A stretch of 64,000 nt of DNA from positions 6,567,812-6,631,811 of the forward strand of contig NC_092675.1 in NCBI RefSeq assembly GCF_964355755.1. Reading direction: 5' to 3'. Below, one piece after another: positions 1 to 58,746 of the stretch. The position numbers were made by a program, and so were the translations under genes. Numbering within the stretch: position 1 is the stretch's first letter; every line of letters starts with the position of its first letter. The notes under the pieces were generated by a model. The model worked only from the letters and a program-made list of their open reading frames with translations, was not told the DNA's origin and did not search any database. The DNA is from Antedon mediterranea (Eukaryota; Animalia; Echinodermata).

Positions 1-299
1 ATAAAAAAAAAATAAAATGTAAAAATACTGATGGATAAACCTATGTAAAAATTAAGCCAACTTATGTGTAAATATTGTATATACTGTATATTATGCAACA
101 TATTTAGTTAATTAATTAAGAGACGTAAACGACACGCGTGTTGATTTTCGATTCCCCGCGCGTTGACTTTCGACGCCCCGACGAATTGAATGTGGTTCAC
201 GACAAAATCTCCTGCGAATGGACTTTCCCAAGTTGGGACCTCTGTATTCCGGAGAGTGATGGTGATGATGTATAATGATAATATCAGACTAGCATGTGA

Positions 300-390
300 T
301 AGGCATGGGTTCGAGTCTATCTGTACCATATTAACTGTATCCTTAGGCAAGATGCTTTACTCTTATTGTCTCGTCCTTCAGATGGGACTT
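300..390. mobile_element. SINE fragment
   Basis: B-box-like GGTTCGAGTC followed by gtatccttaggcaagatgctttac, a common SINE core-like motif. Confidence 0.4.
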
Positions 391-493
391 AAATATTAGA
401 CGAAAAAAATAAATAAACACAACACAAGTGATTTGATAGACCACAATCTGATGGATCATCCTGTCATTCACTTGCATTGCGCTTACAGCCTAA

Positions 494-656
494 AGCTCTG
501 TCTACACTATCAAACTTTATTATGACTAAAAAATGTGATGTGCCCATATATGGACTTGATGATGTCATATCAACACCATAGTTGGGCATATCAACACCAT
601 ATTTGGGGACATCATGCTTTTTTTTGTCAAAGTAGTTTGATAGTGTAGACAGAGCT
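494..656. mobile_element. MITE family A (TIR AGCTCTGTCTACACTATCAAACT; PIF/Harbinger-like)
   Basis: Both TIRs present, flanked by TAA and TTA; one of 11 copies in the window. Confidence 0.85.
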
Positions 657-845
657 TTACATGCATCCAGGTGGCATAGTAAATACTATAAAACTCAAAA
701 CAATTATGTATTTATTACCAGACAGGCTATGCTTTATAATTAAATAGAGCATTTCAGACTATATTTTACACATTTTTGCCTTTCCTTAAAAACCAAGCTT
801 AAGTACTGTTCTAGCAAGCCTAAATATCTGTTTACATGTACTTAC

Positions 846-1028
846 CATATTTGTTTGTAACTTCGTTTTCTAAGTGAGTACCCATTTGGCCGATGTGTTA
901 AGGAACCCTCAATGCTTGCCTGGGCAAGTTTCACTGCAACGCAGCCCCTCTCAAGTACTTTCCCAAGCGTTCCCGATGAGAAATGATATCCGGTTAAATT
1001 AATCTTTCTCCACAAACTATCATCATAT
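846..1028 (-). CDS. SKP2: SKP2-like exon 4 (post-F-box linker, start of LRR)
   Basis: tttttag acceptor, TG|GTAAGT donor, open frame YDDSLWRKINLTG... (not in the ORF track). Confidence 0.8.
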
Positions 1029-4000
1029 CTAAAAATGAGGAAAGGAAAATTTTAAACAAAAAGTAATTTTATTGTGCAGAGATGTGCCTGAACACAACAT
1101 TTTAACAATATGGACCTCATAATTTAATGGAGTGGTCGTTGACCACATATCTATCTGTATTTTCATTTTGGTGAAGATCTTGTAATTACTTTTTGAGTAA
1201 TCCTGCTAACAAACACGATCGATTACATATACCTCCTTGGCGGAGGTAAATAATCTGCACACAGTGCCCAGTTTTTAAGGTGTAGATCATTTATGGCCGA
1301 TTTTAAGGAGTGGAAAAGAAATTTTTTTTCCAGTTCATTACAGTTGCCAGTATTATTAAGGTGTTAAAAGTTGTTAATTATATAAATAGGATCCCAATTT
1401 ACCCCACCCTAGTACTAGTAGGAAGTACACCTATTAGAACAATAGGCAGTTTGTGTATGTATTGTCTTACCAAACAATGAGAGTACTGTATGATTCATTT
1501 ATAAAAAAGTTCCTTTGTTATGATTGGTTTATTGCTAAAAATACAAAGATGAAAATGAATGATCACTTTCATTATTGTTTAAAGATGTATTGTCCCCCTG
1601 AAAAAATAATGTTTTTAATTTTTGTTGTTGAATATGCCATTTTAATGTCACATAATAGTTACCCACTTTGAACAAAAATTGAATCGAAAACAAAAAATGT
1701 ATTTACCTGAAAAAAACTAATTTAAAGCAAAAAATAGTCAAATTGGCTGCCAGCCAATGTTTTTTGGTTGAATTTGACCATTTATTTTGTCATTTTATAT
1801 TAGAAAACATTATTTTTTTTACGGAAGGGATTATTAACCTGATTAAAACTACAAAATAACCTATTCAAAGTCTGATTTAATTAATTTTCATTTTTCTTGT
1901 TTTTGGGGGACAATACATCTTTAAACGAAAAATCTAAGCATTTTTAAAAACTTACGCTAATGTTCTCCATCTTTTACACACACCAGCACAACTAAGAAGG
2001 GACGGTATTGGTAGCCATTTCAGAATTGAAAGGATCACTTCATCTGTTAGGGTCTTGAATATAGTTTTGGACGGAATGGCTTTCTTTACACGTTGGCAAC
2101 TGCAAGTCTGTCCAGTGTGGTCATGGACAGGAAAATTACGTACTGGAGACGGCGTTGACGTTATATCGTAAACATCTACCTGTTTAGATGCTGTATGCAC
2201 AGACTGTAAAGTGAAATAACTAGATTTAATTCATCACTAATGACGAATTATAGGTTATATGCATTGATTTAAATAAAAGATAATTGATTTTAAAAGATAA
2301 TTGATTGATTGATTGATTTTGTCAGATTCTTTAATTATTTATAATATATGAAAGATAGAATCTTGCTAACGCAAATACAATAGCCGGTATCCAATCAAAC
2401 ACCCCTCCGCGCATAATGTAATAAACCACTCTTGTTACATAATAATATTAAAGACATGTACTCTTTCTCTAGATTTCATTATAAATATAAATCATGCGTA
2501 TAATCTAAACACTAAGAAATAAGTATATAAATGATACCATTAATGCTGCACTATCAAACTAGTTTGACAAAAAAGTGTGATGATGTGCCTAAATATGGTA
2601 CTGTGATAAACTCAAATATGTTAGTCCATATATGGGCACATCACATTTGTTTTGTCGCATAAAGTTTGATAGTGTAGACAGAGCTTAAGGGCCTATAACT
2701 TTTAAATTAAGGTGCAGAACTGACCTACTGTATCATTTGCATTGTAATTTTTTTTAATCCACTAAGTCTACAACTAGAGTCAAATGATTGTATTAATTAA
2801 ATTAGGTATATTTTATTTGATAATCTGCAAAGCTCTGTCTATACTATCACTAGTTTGACAAAAAAAAAGTGTGATGTGCTACAAACTGGTAGTGGTATTG
2901 CTCAATGGTAGTGATATGACATCATCATGTCAATATATGGATACCACACTAGTTTGTTTATACTCACAGGAGGGGGTGATTTTGATTTTGAATCTTCTTC
3001 ATCATCAGATAAACTAGGCTTTAGTACTTCTACACCAAGATCCTTGTATAGTTCACTTTGGACAGGTTCAGAAATAAATCTCATAAGCCTACAAAAAAGA
3101 TACCTCTTTAAAGAAAACAGTGTCATAGAGTGTTAAATGTTTACCATGGAGGAAACACTTATTACATATTCTATTATTGTTAATTTAGAAAACAAAGCAG
3201 CTTTGCTTAAATGAGATTTATATTGCTGTATTGTTGTCTAGATCTATGAACTTTAACGATTCGTCCATATCATTGCGACGTTAAATGGGATGAATAATCC
3301 TGCTAAAAGAAAACTTTGTGTACTAGGGTGGATTCAACTTAACACTGGCCGTATTATATTTAATGCCTGTAAATAGGCCTGTACTGTAGAGTTTATGTAG
3401 TTGACAAGCAGAAGTAGTATTTTAAAGACCAATATTGGTTCGTTTTTTCCAGAAAATAATCATTACAAACCAGTCAAATGAATCTAAATTTGCATAAATA
3501 AGTGAGGGTTTTTAAATTGACCAATCAATATGTTTTCTGCCGACGATGGAACTCTAAAAAAGGTGAATGAAAATTATGACTAGGCCTATGAATAAATTCA
3601 TGATGGTAAGGTGTAAAAAACATGCCTATGACAAACATTATTAATAATATTTATATAGGCCTACCTAGCCTAGTATATTTATTATAGGAAATAAAAACAG
3701 TCACCTCTAGCCTAGCCTATTTCCAATTTAGACTGACAGGGCGAGTACGTATGTAAATAAATCATTAAATGTTAACATGGGGCATGGCAACTTGCTTGAC
3801 TATACTAGCTAGCCTCGGGACCACCCGGCCCATGGCCTTCTACACTATACTAGCACTAAATTCCTACAGTACTCTACTGCTAAGCCTAAATAGCTAGGCC
3901 TAGGCTAGTAATAGAAGACTAGCATGGTGGGCTCTAGGTCTAGCTACGCTAGGACTAGGGGCTCTAGGTCTAGCTACGCTAGGACTAGGTAGTAGCAACA

Positions 4001-4186
4001 GGGAGGGGGGTTTTTACCGCAGCAGCCTCTACTACATACTAGCCTAGCCTAGGCCTACTACTAACTTAGTAGACTAGCACTATTGTACAACTAAATAACC
4101 TACTTGTTTTCAAGTTCAATTGATTCGCTACGTTTACGCGTTCGTTTTCTTCCAGCAGCATGGCTTACCTTCTTTCGACTCGCCAT
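846..4186 (-). CDS. SKP2: S-phase kinase-associated protein 2-like F-box/LRR protein, 5' part (4 coding exons; gene continues beyond window start)
   Basis: Exons 4186-4104, 3088-2968, 2203-1956 and 1028-846 join in frame with GT-AG ends (phases 2,0,2,2). The F-box LTDEVILSILKWLPIPSLLSCAGVCKRWRTLA is followed by YDDSLWRKINLTG...LGKVLERGCVAVKL, resembling SKP2 DESLWQTLDLTG...TGRLLSQGVIAFR. Confidence 0.8.
1583..1920. mobile_element. Non-autonomous TTAA-targeting DNA transposon (Kolobok-like)
   Basis: ttaa|AGATGTATTGTCCCC...GGGGACAATACATCT|ttaa; a second copy lies at 20859-21115. Confidence 0.8.
1956..2203 (-). CDS. SKP2: SKP2-like exon 3 (F-box)
   Basis: ttacag acceptor, GC|GTAAGT donor, F-box motif. 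Confidence 0.85.
2549..2685. mobile_element. MITE family A, left TIR truncated
   Basis: cactatcaaact...agtttgatagtgtagacagagct. Confidence 0.8.
2831..2956. mobile_element. MITE family A, right end truncated next to SKP2 exon 2 donor
   Basis: Left TIR plus internal gtgtgatgtgc/tggtagtgatatgacatcatc motifs. Confidence 0.75.
2968..3088 (-). CDS. SKP2: SKP2-like coding exon 2
   Basis: ttttttgtag acceptor, CCT|GTGAGT donor, encodes LMRFISEPVQSELYKDLGVEVLKPSLSDDEEDSKSKSPPP. Confidence 0.75.
3929..3989. repeat. 30-bp tandem duplication in SKP2 intron 1
   Basis: gggctctaggtctagctacgctaggactag occurs twice. Confidence 0.85.
4104..4186 (-). CDS. SKP2: SKP2-like coding exon 1 (MASRKKVSHAAGRKRTRKRSESIELENK)
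   Basis: ATG in AAAATGG context; donor AA|GTAGGT; phase 2 matches exon 2. Confidence 0.7.
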
Positions 4187-5015
4187 TTTTTATTAAATGA
4201 TAAACTTTTCGCGCTGTTTCAGGTTCGCGTGTGTGCGTGTGACAAGTCAATGAATGAATGACGTAAATTCTAAATTTAGCTAACAAAAAAAATAAATAAA
4301 CAATCTATCAATGATTGTCATGATTGTGTTTTTGAGATGTTTGTTTAGAGATCCCACTGTTTTATTTGATTTCCCTTTTGATTCTAATTATTTTGTGCAT
4401 TATATTATTTTTTTTGTTAATCTTTATAAATTCTATTTATTTAATTTTAAGTGTTATAATATGTTTATGTCCGGTCATGTATGTTTGTATGGCCTCTATT
4501 TCTAATGATCATCTTCAGATGGACCACCCTCGTAAAATATTACAAGATACAAGAAACTTTATTTGTCTTTGCAATCAAAGGGCGAGAATCCAAAATCGTT
4601 CAACCGTGAACCCTCATAGACTCTTCTTTTCCCAGATGTTTTTTGGGTCCAACAGCTGGGATCTATAAATTATAGAAAAGTTTACAAAGCCGAAACTGTC
4701 GGCCTTAGATACTATAACTGCTGCCTGCTTTAGCTTATGAATGAGTAGTCCTCATGGAACGTAGCTGGCTAGAGCAGCAGCGTGAAATAATGTTAGTGTT
4801 TCTGAAACTCAGCATTTAAAAACTGATTGAGAATGATTGAATGATGGCAGACGCATGAGAATGATGACATGAAGGAGGTGTTAATTTGAAGTCGAGTTTA
4901 TTGAGAATTATTATAGAGTCCACAAAGCAACATAATAGCATAAAAAAGTAACAGTGCACATTGATACAAATACATTCAAATGGTTCTCTATAATACTAAG
5001 ATTATGAAAGATTTA

Positions 5016-5120
5016 AGCTCTGTCTACCCTATCAAACTATTTTGACAAAAAAAGCGGCCAAATATGGTAGTGATATACACATTTTGTTGTCACATAAAGT
5101 TTGATAGTGTAGACATATCT
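5016..5120. mobile_element. MITE family A, internally deleted
   Basis: TIRs with TTA target duplication. Confidence 0.8.
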
Positions 5121-5490
5121 TTAGAGGCAAATGATCCCATTAATAGGAATAAACGACTCATTTTAACTTCACTTCAATAGTAAATAATAAATGGTTATTT
5201 TACTCATGGAAATTACTTCTCCATGTTTTACTGGAAAAGAGTTCTCCTAACATCATCAAATAAATCAAAACATTTTTACATAATATACAATTTATGTATT
5301 TCAAATACATTACAATATTATAAATTTTGATTTACTTATAAAATAATATAAAGGCCTACCCAAACAGACTAGGCTAAATAGATGTGAACAACATAGTTTA
5401 ATAACCATTTGAATGCATCGTGGCTGGTGTGCAGTATCAAAGCGAGTATATATGATCTTAGTAAAGGAGAAATTGACCATGAACACACAA

Positions 5491-5637
5491 AGCTCTGTCT
5501 ATACTATCAAACTAGTGTGATGTGCCTAAATATGGTAGTGGTATACCCAAATATGGTAGTGGTATGACATTATCATGTCCATATATGGGCACATCACATG
5601 TTTATGTCACACAGAGTTTGATAGTGTAGACAGAGCT
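5491..5637. mobile_element. MITE family A
   Basis: Both TIRs present. Confidence 0.85.
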
Positions 5638-6970
5638 TAAGAATTGTTGATAGGAATCAAAGGTAAGTAACGCAGTACTGAAAAATAATGCCAAAAATGT
5701 AGAGGGTGATATTATATACCAGAGTAAACAGTGTTCAAAATCAAGAAGTATTTAAATTATTTCTCATTTCATTGAATTTATAAAATATTTGTTTGCAATT
5801 TCAGACTATACTCAAGTTATCGGTGAATATTAAATTTAAGATACAACAGAAAATAGATTCATATCGCATTTTGTGAAAAACGTTGTAACACCATATTCTA
5901 AATTTTAAAAGTTGTACAGTACATCAATATAAATATAATTTTACTTAAAATGTCTGATCTGGTATATAATACTGTATATATATTCTTTTTCTATATAATT
6001 TTTGTTTAAATTTAACAAATTGTATTACTGTACTGATTAACAATATTATGCTGTAAATTATATTTACTGTAAAATTATTATTATACGTCAACTAAAATTA
6101 CAGACATTTCATATGCAACAGAAGCCCTTTCATTACAATGTATTGAAAGAAAATGTGGAAACTCGTTAATAATTGTAACCCCTCCTCCACAAATTCTGGC
6201 GACGCCCATGACCATAATAGTCCTTTATACTACTCACTGTAGCTCACTGTAGGTGTTTGTGAGTGACCAGTCAAATACTCCTAATGAGGTCACATTATTA
6301 GGGGAACAAACTTTAGATTAATACACACATTTCCGTCAAAATATTTTCAAAATCAATTTCACTTTAAGAATGTTTATGGATTAAGAGAGAATACAAAATA
6401 GGATTGAAGCATTTTGTTTGCTTATCAAGCAATTCAATATATTTCACTGTCAATAATATTTTTTTCCCTTAGAAATATATAGCAAATTAATAGAATAGGT
6501 GTATAACATGGATTTAAATGGAAGGTAACTCTACATGAATATTCAAAAGGCTATGCAATAAATTGTACATATTTTTCTATTGACCTTGAAGATTTATAGG
6601 TCCATGAAAAATAATATTGTATAATTGCACAGCTCATGAATATTCATATTTGCGCTATAAACCATATAATTTCTTCGTTAAAAAAGATTGCACACAAGCA
6701 CTCAAAACTATCAACTAATAACAAAACAAAAAAAACAGTGAAAGAGAGACACAAGCAATAGAAAAGAATTTTCATGTTTCTTTTAACAAAAATTAAAATA
6801 AACTACAATAACAATATATTATATAGGTGTCATTTAAATTTACAATTCAGAATTAACTCAATATAATTCAAATTAAATTCAAGAAACTGTCTGCGACAAT
6901 CTTGAAATATTCGGGATGATTAGCATCGCTGAAACTATGTAGTACAATCCATCGATACACACTGGTTTAA

Positions 6971-7114
6971 GGGTCTTTCACACCTGTTCCGGCACGACGA
7001 CGGCAAATCCAATCGAACGGCTATGCGCATATTGATTGGTGCATATCCACGGAGAGCATCGTGAAAGCTAAACATTGGCGACCGGAACCATGCTGGAACT
7101 AGTGTGAAAGGCCC
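6971..7114. mobile_element. Small Harbinger-like MITE
   Basis: GGGTCTTTCACAC...GTGTGAAAGGCCC inverted termini. Confidence 0.55.
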
Positions 7115-9877
7115 ATAACTAGGTTAATCCATAGATTAGAATTATAGTAGCTATCTTTACTGTTTAGCATTGCTTGAACCCATTCACACCAGGAGTTAAT
7201 TATTAGAGGAAAACCAACATAGTTTCAGTTGGATTTTAAAATCAATTACATAATATTCTATCAATTTTATTCATACAAAAAAAAACAAAAACTGAATCAT
7301 AATTTTATATAAATACTGAAAGGGGTACAAAATTAATCTTTTCCTTACTCACTGTGAGCATTTCAATAATTCATAGATTAGTGCTGGTGTCCAATAGCCT
7401 AATCCTATCAAATGCATTTGATCTAATAACTACTATATTGCCATTTAAAAAGTACACTCAGAAATCGTAATTTCTAAATGTCATTTACCCCGTCACTGCA
7501 TCAAATGGTGTTTATAATTTAATACTGTACTGAAAAGTACTAAAATTATATCACAATTATTGGATAATGCAATTGTGAGAGATTTTTTAACATTACAATT
7601 TACATGTTGTAGAGTAATAAACATTGTTTTTTAATCTCTTACATACCAAGTAACCATGTTTAAGTATCTATGTATATGTATTTTTGTTATATTGTCTTAC
7701 ATTGCTTAATCCATTTCATTAATCCAAAAGAAACAATAATCCTGAAGATTAAACGGATTAGTACTGTAAATATAAAAAGGAATTTTGACATTAAACAGTC
7801 TTAAAACTTGACATACCCTGTATGTTGTATTAAGACTATTTAATATGGACAACTGGGAAAATCAATTTGAACGTTGGTAAAAGCAGTAGGATCAAACCAT
7901 TTACTGTATAAGGTATTTAGCATAATTATATTTCACAAAATTGATTGATTAATTAGTAACTATATTGTTTTTATTACTAAATGAACCACCATTGTGCAGT
8001 TATATATTAAACTAAACTAAGGAGTCAAAGTACACAAATCTATCTCTCAGAAGACAGTTATAGACTGAACTCTCACATCAAAAAGGTATTTAAAAGTGGA
8101 AACAAATTATCACTCTGTAATTTGACAAAAAATATCATATACAAAATAAAAAAAAAAGTATACCCGAATTCTACATTAACCAAACGGTAGTGTAAACACC
8201 ACATTTGGTATCTATTTTTAACAGACCTCATACCACATATAAATGCTTATTGAAAAGACTAATATACGATAAAAGAAAATCTTATATAGCATACAGGCTA
8301 CATTTGCAATCACTTGTTTTCCATCCAACCAACATTTAAAATTAGCAACATGAACAATTTATATCTATATTAATAATAGCAATAAGAATAATCACACCCA
8401 GTATTAATATCAGCAAGTCAGTAGAAAAAGTCATACATTGATTCTTTTTATTTAATATAATTTAACGATTTACTAGCGACATCAGTGGACCTTTCTGTAA
8501 ACACAGTTTTCCACATATGATCTCACACAGTACATTTCATTTGTTCTTTACTATCCACAAGCCTAATATAGTATATTATATAATTTATCTACAAAAAAAG
8601 ACAATCCTAATTTCTTACTATCGTTCCTAGCCTATCAGAAACTATCTCTGAAGAAGTTCCAGCCAATCACTGAATTACATTCAATAACATTCTAGCCAAT
8701 ATGAAAAAAGTAGTTGTACAATACAATACAATAAGGTTGTAATGAACATTCAATAATCCTCAATTATTTAATCTATTCAAAGTGTTTGACTTAAATAAAT
8801 TATTTTCGATTCTCAAATGAGGTAAATCCTGCTGTTGGCATAGGCAAACCTATGAACGAACAATATACATTCTAAATACAGGGCATTTTAGGCTATTAAA
8901 CACCTATAGGACTCAACCAAGTGTCGTCTTATAGGAGTGTCCCCTGTATAGGGGTTGCCCTTGTTTGGTTTATGGGAATGTGTCCTCTAAATAGGTATTT
9001 CAAAAGTTCCAAGTAAAATTCAGGACCTCGCAAGAGAATTGTTCAAGACAATTTTTTGTACATTATGGAACAGATTCTTCTGCAATATTTTGGCACAAAA
9101 GCCATAAAGTTCGTCATGCTTTAGTTGTTGCCCTTTCAGGTGTACATTCTTGGGCTTCAATTAGAAACATTGAGGGCGCACATCTTTACCCAATCTACTT
9201 ATTTTGATAAACAATCAATTAATCAATCAATATAATAACTTAATCATTCATTAGTGGTACCTCAGGATTTACCTCACATAAAGATCTATAAATCATCAGT
9301 AGCCAATTTTATAACTGAGAAATTTGATTTCCAGCAATCCTGTTGCAACCAGCATGAACAATTGAGTATAGTAATGAATTTGAAAAATTATACTTTCAAT
9401 ATACACTCACAACAGTGCCTTCTTGCCATACATCATCCTACCTGACAAATGTTAATATTAGGAGGGTTTACAAAACTAGTTGTAATATCGGTTTTATACC
9501 AACAAGGGAAAAAGAATGCATAGTCGTAAGCCCGAAACCTGCGGGCTTTAGTCATTCTAGTTGTAAAATAAAAAGTGTAAATTAATTGCATCTAAAGTAA
9601 TAGGATGGGACAGGACAACAGCGGGCAGTTTTCTATAGCAACAGTTCATTTTTTAATCATCTCATAGCATGTCATTTGCTTCAGCACCCTTTTTACCTTC
9701 TGCATTTGGAGTATTTACCTCCAAATACTGACCATGTATAAACAGGGGTAGGATGCCCTTGAGATGTTAAACTTGTTGCCAATGAAATGTTGTTTGGCAT
9801 ATATCGGGTTGCCCTGATGCGTGCCTACCGTTCATCTGTCCATGCCTTTGAAGATAACACAAGCCATAACAAACAGT

Positions 9878-56654
<46,777 letters not shown>

Positions 56655-56771
56655 AGTAAATATCCTATAGCTTCCACCGAATAATTTTTGTAAATCCGAT
56701 GACAGGTAGAAACACAGATACACTTAGATTTTCGCTGGATATTTACCAGGGTTCTACTCCAAATATAAATT

Positions 56772-56781
56772 CAAGATGGCG
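56772..56781 (+). promoter_or_regulatory. YY1-type motif near the calcineurin A transcription start
   Basis: CAAGATGGCG about 120 bp upstream of the calcineurin ATG. Confidence 0.35.
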
Positions 56782-57540
56782 TAAACAACTAAACAATATT
56801 GTAGGAGGGCGCTATTACAAAAAGTTGCAAAATAAAATTAATTGAATATGAATAATTTCAGGTGTTACAGGTGTACACAAACGGATAATAATTATCAAAT
56901 CTTATTAATTGTACTTTTTATTATTCTGTGATATAAAACAAAAATGATAAAAGCACTCAGTAAAGTATTTGGCAAACTAGAAGGACACTCCAAGAGTGCA
57001 TACCTCCGCCTACTTCCCCGGCATAAGAATTCCCCCGAAAATAAATATATATTTTTGATTTTTGTGTCTTATATATAATGCTGTGTTTGATTAGGCTAAT
57101 TTCACTACAACCTTGTGAATGTGAGTTTAGTGTAATGGTTATGTATCCAGCCTTTCATGTTGAGATCCCTTATTAATTTTCTGCTAATCAAGTTTTTTTC
57201 ATCATTATTTATTTTATAAATTTATTTTATTTTTAAATTTTATGAAATAAATATAAATAGGTAAAAAAAAAACAAAAAACAGCGCGAGCCACAAAAAACC
57301 CTAATTATTAATTTTAATATACATTATATATATTATAAATATTGTTCCTAATTTTCTTACATTATTTGTGTTCCTAATTGTTTTACTATAACCATGGAGG
57401 TAAAAATACCTCCATGCTATAAGGCGAGTGTTCTTAAAATTGAGGGCGCTAAACATAACATTTACGAGATCGAAGGAGATGGTGTGTGAACCACAGAAAA
57501 AATATGTTACCAAACGCTCGCATAGCTTTAACTATATATT

Positions 57541-57613
57541 CCATCAGCGTGGGATTCGAATCCACGACATTCGTGTTGTTAACACGACGCTCAGACGACA
57601 GAGCTACCTGTCA
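57541..57613 (-). pseudogene. tRNA-like sequence (Val-AAC-like pseudogene or SINE head)
   Basis: Minus strand: TAGCTC A-box start, anticodon arm TCGTG-TTAACAA-CACGA, T arm GTGGA-TTCGAAT-CCCAC. The acceptor stem does not pair. Confidence 0.45.
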
Positions 57614-58746
57614 TCTTGTTTATAAAATAATTGATACAAGCTTCGTTCTCTCAAGATGACGTGCATATTTATGACTCAACGATGAATTACGTAATATGAA
57701 GCACGTAAAGACTATTGTCAGCTGTTCGGTCATGTACTTTATGGCGTAACGGATAATGCTCTGTTTTGAGTACTTACAGCGTCATGGTATGTCACGTTGG
57801 AATGCATAATTTGCATAAGTCACACGTGAGAAATTATTTCTTATGGTCAGTTTGTGGACTAAAAATATGCATAACAAATGGGAAGGGATTATTGATAAAA
57901 ACGCCACAAACAAGCGGTTGAATTTGAAAAGAAATGGGTTTTTTAAAACTACTCGTATCAAAAAACATGTACTTTAAATCAAAATTATGTTTTAAAATTT
58001 CAAATCAACAATTATAACACTTTTCTCTCAAACATGAATTTTTTTGGACAAATAGTTCTCGAGAAAATGCAATTGCAGTTTACTTGTTACGATTAGACTT
58101 CTTAGTACCAGATCTCCGGGTTTTGAAAATTGTCTCCTATCTTTTAACACTAGAATATCTGAAAATATTAACTACTGCATTTCGGCACATGTTAAAAGAT
58201 TACAATTTTTCTTTATTAATTTACATTATTATCATTCATATGATACACCGACAAATTCAGAATAATAACTTGTAAATCGTAGGCGCTATCGTGCTAACAA
58301 ACATACAAAACAAGTAGCCTACTGTACTTGGCAAAATTCTGTTTTGCCAAGTAATAAGACCATTCTATCTAAACTAATGAACGTACCGACACTATACAGT
58401 ACCTGTAATATTCTAATTGCAATTTGGAACGAAAACTGATAACAACAATATTAATTAAAGCATAGAGGATTTAATGATTCAAGTTATCAATTCAGTGCCC
58501 TAATGAATAAAATTTCTCAGTTGTTATCATAACAGTATGATATCGGAATTGTTTCATCTATTTTTGCTTATCTATCTAATTAATACAACAATAGATAACG
58601 GATCGCTTGCATTTACAGAAATCTTAAACGGTTTATGAAAAACAATAGCGTACGATTTGGTTAAAACCAACTGTTTATATTTAGATTCAGATATAGATAT
58701 TATTTGTTACAACTTCATGGATATTGCTTTTCGTTACTGATCCGAA

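Noticed and set aside
108-399. ORFs 108-350 (-) and 190-399 (+) as a further SKP2 exon
   Set aside because: No LRR similarity. The nearest acceptor gives a stop in the required phase, and the region overlaps a SINE-like fragment.
4311-4668. Hydrophobic ORFs upstream of SKP2 (possible divergent gene)
   Set aside because: Low-complexity T-rich sequence with overlapping frames and no recognisable domain or exon chain.
9660-9877. Stop-codon readthrough or third tail after terminal exon B
   Set aside because: The context TAG-ACT is not a typical readthrough motif, the frames are short and no usable donor was found.
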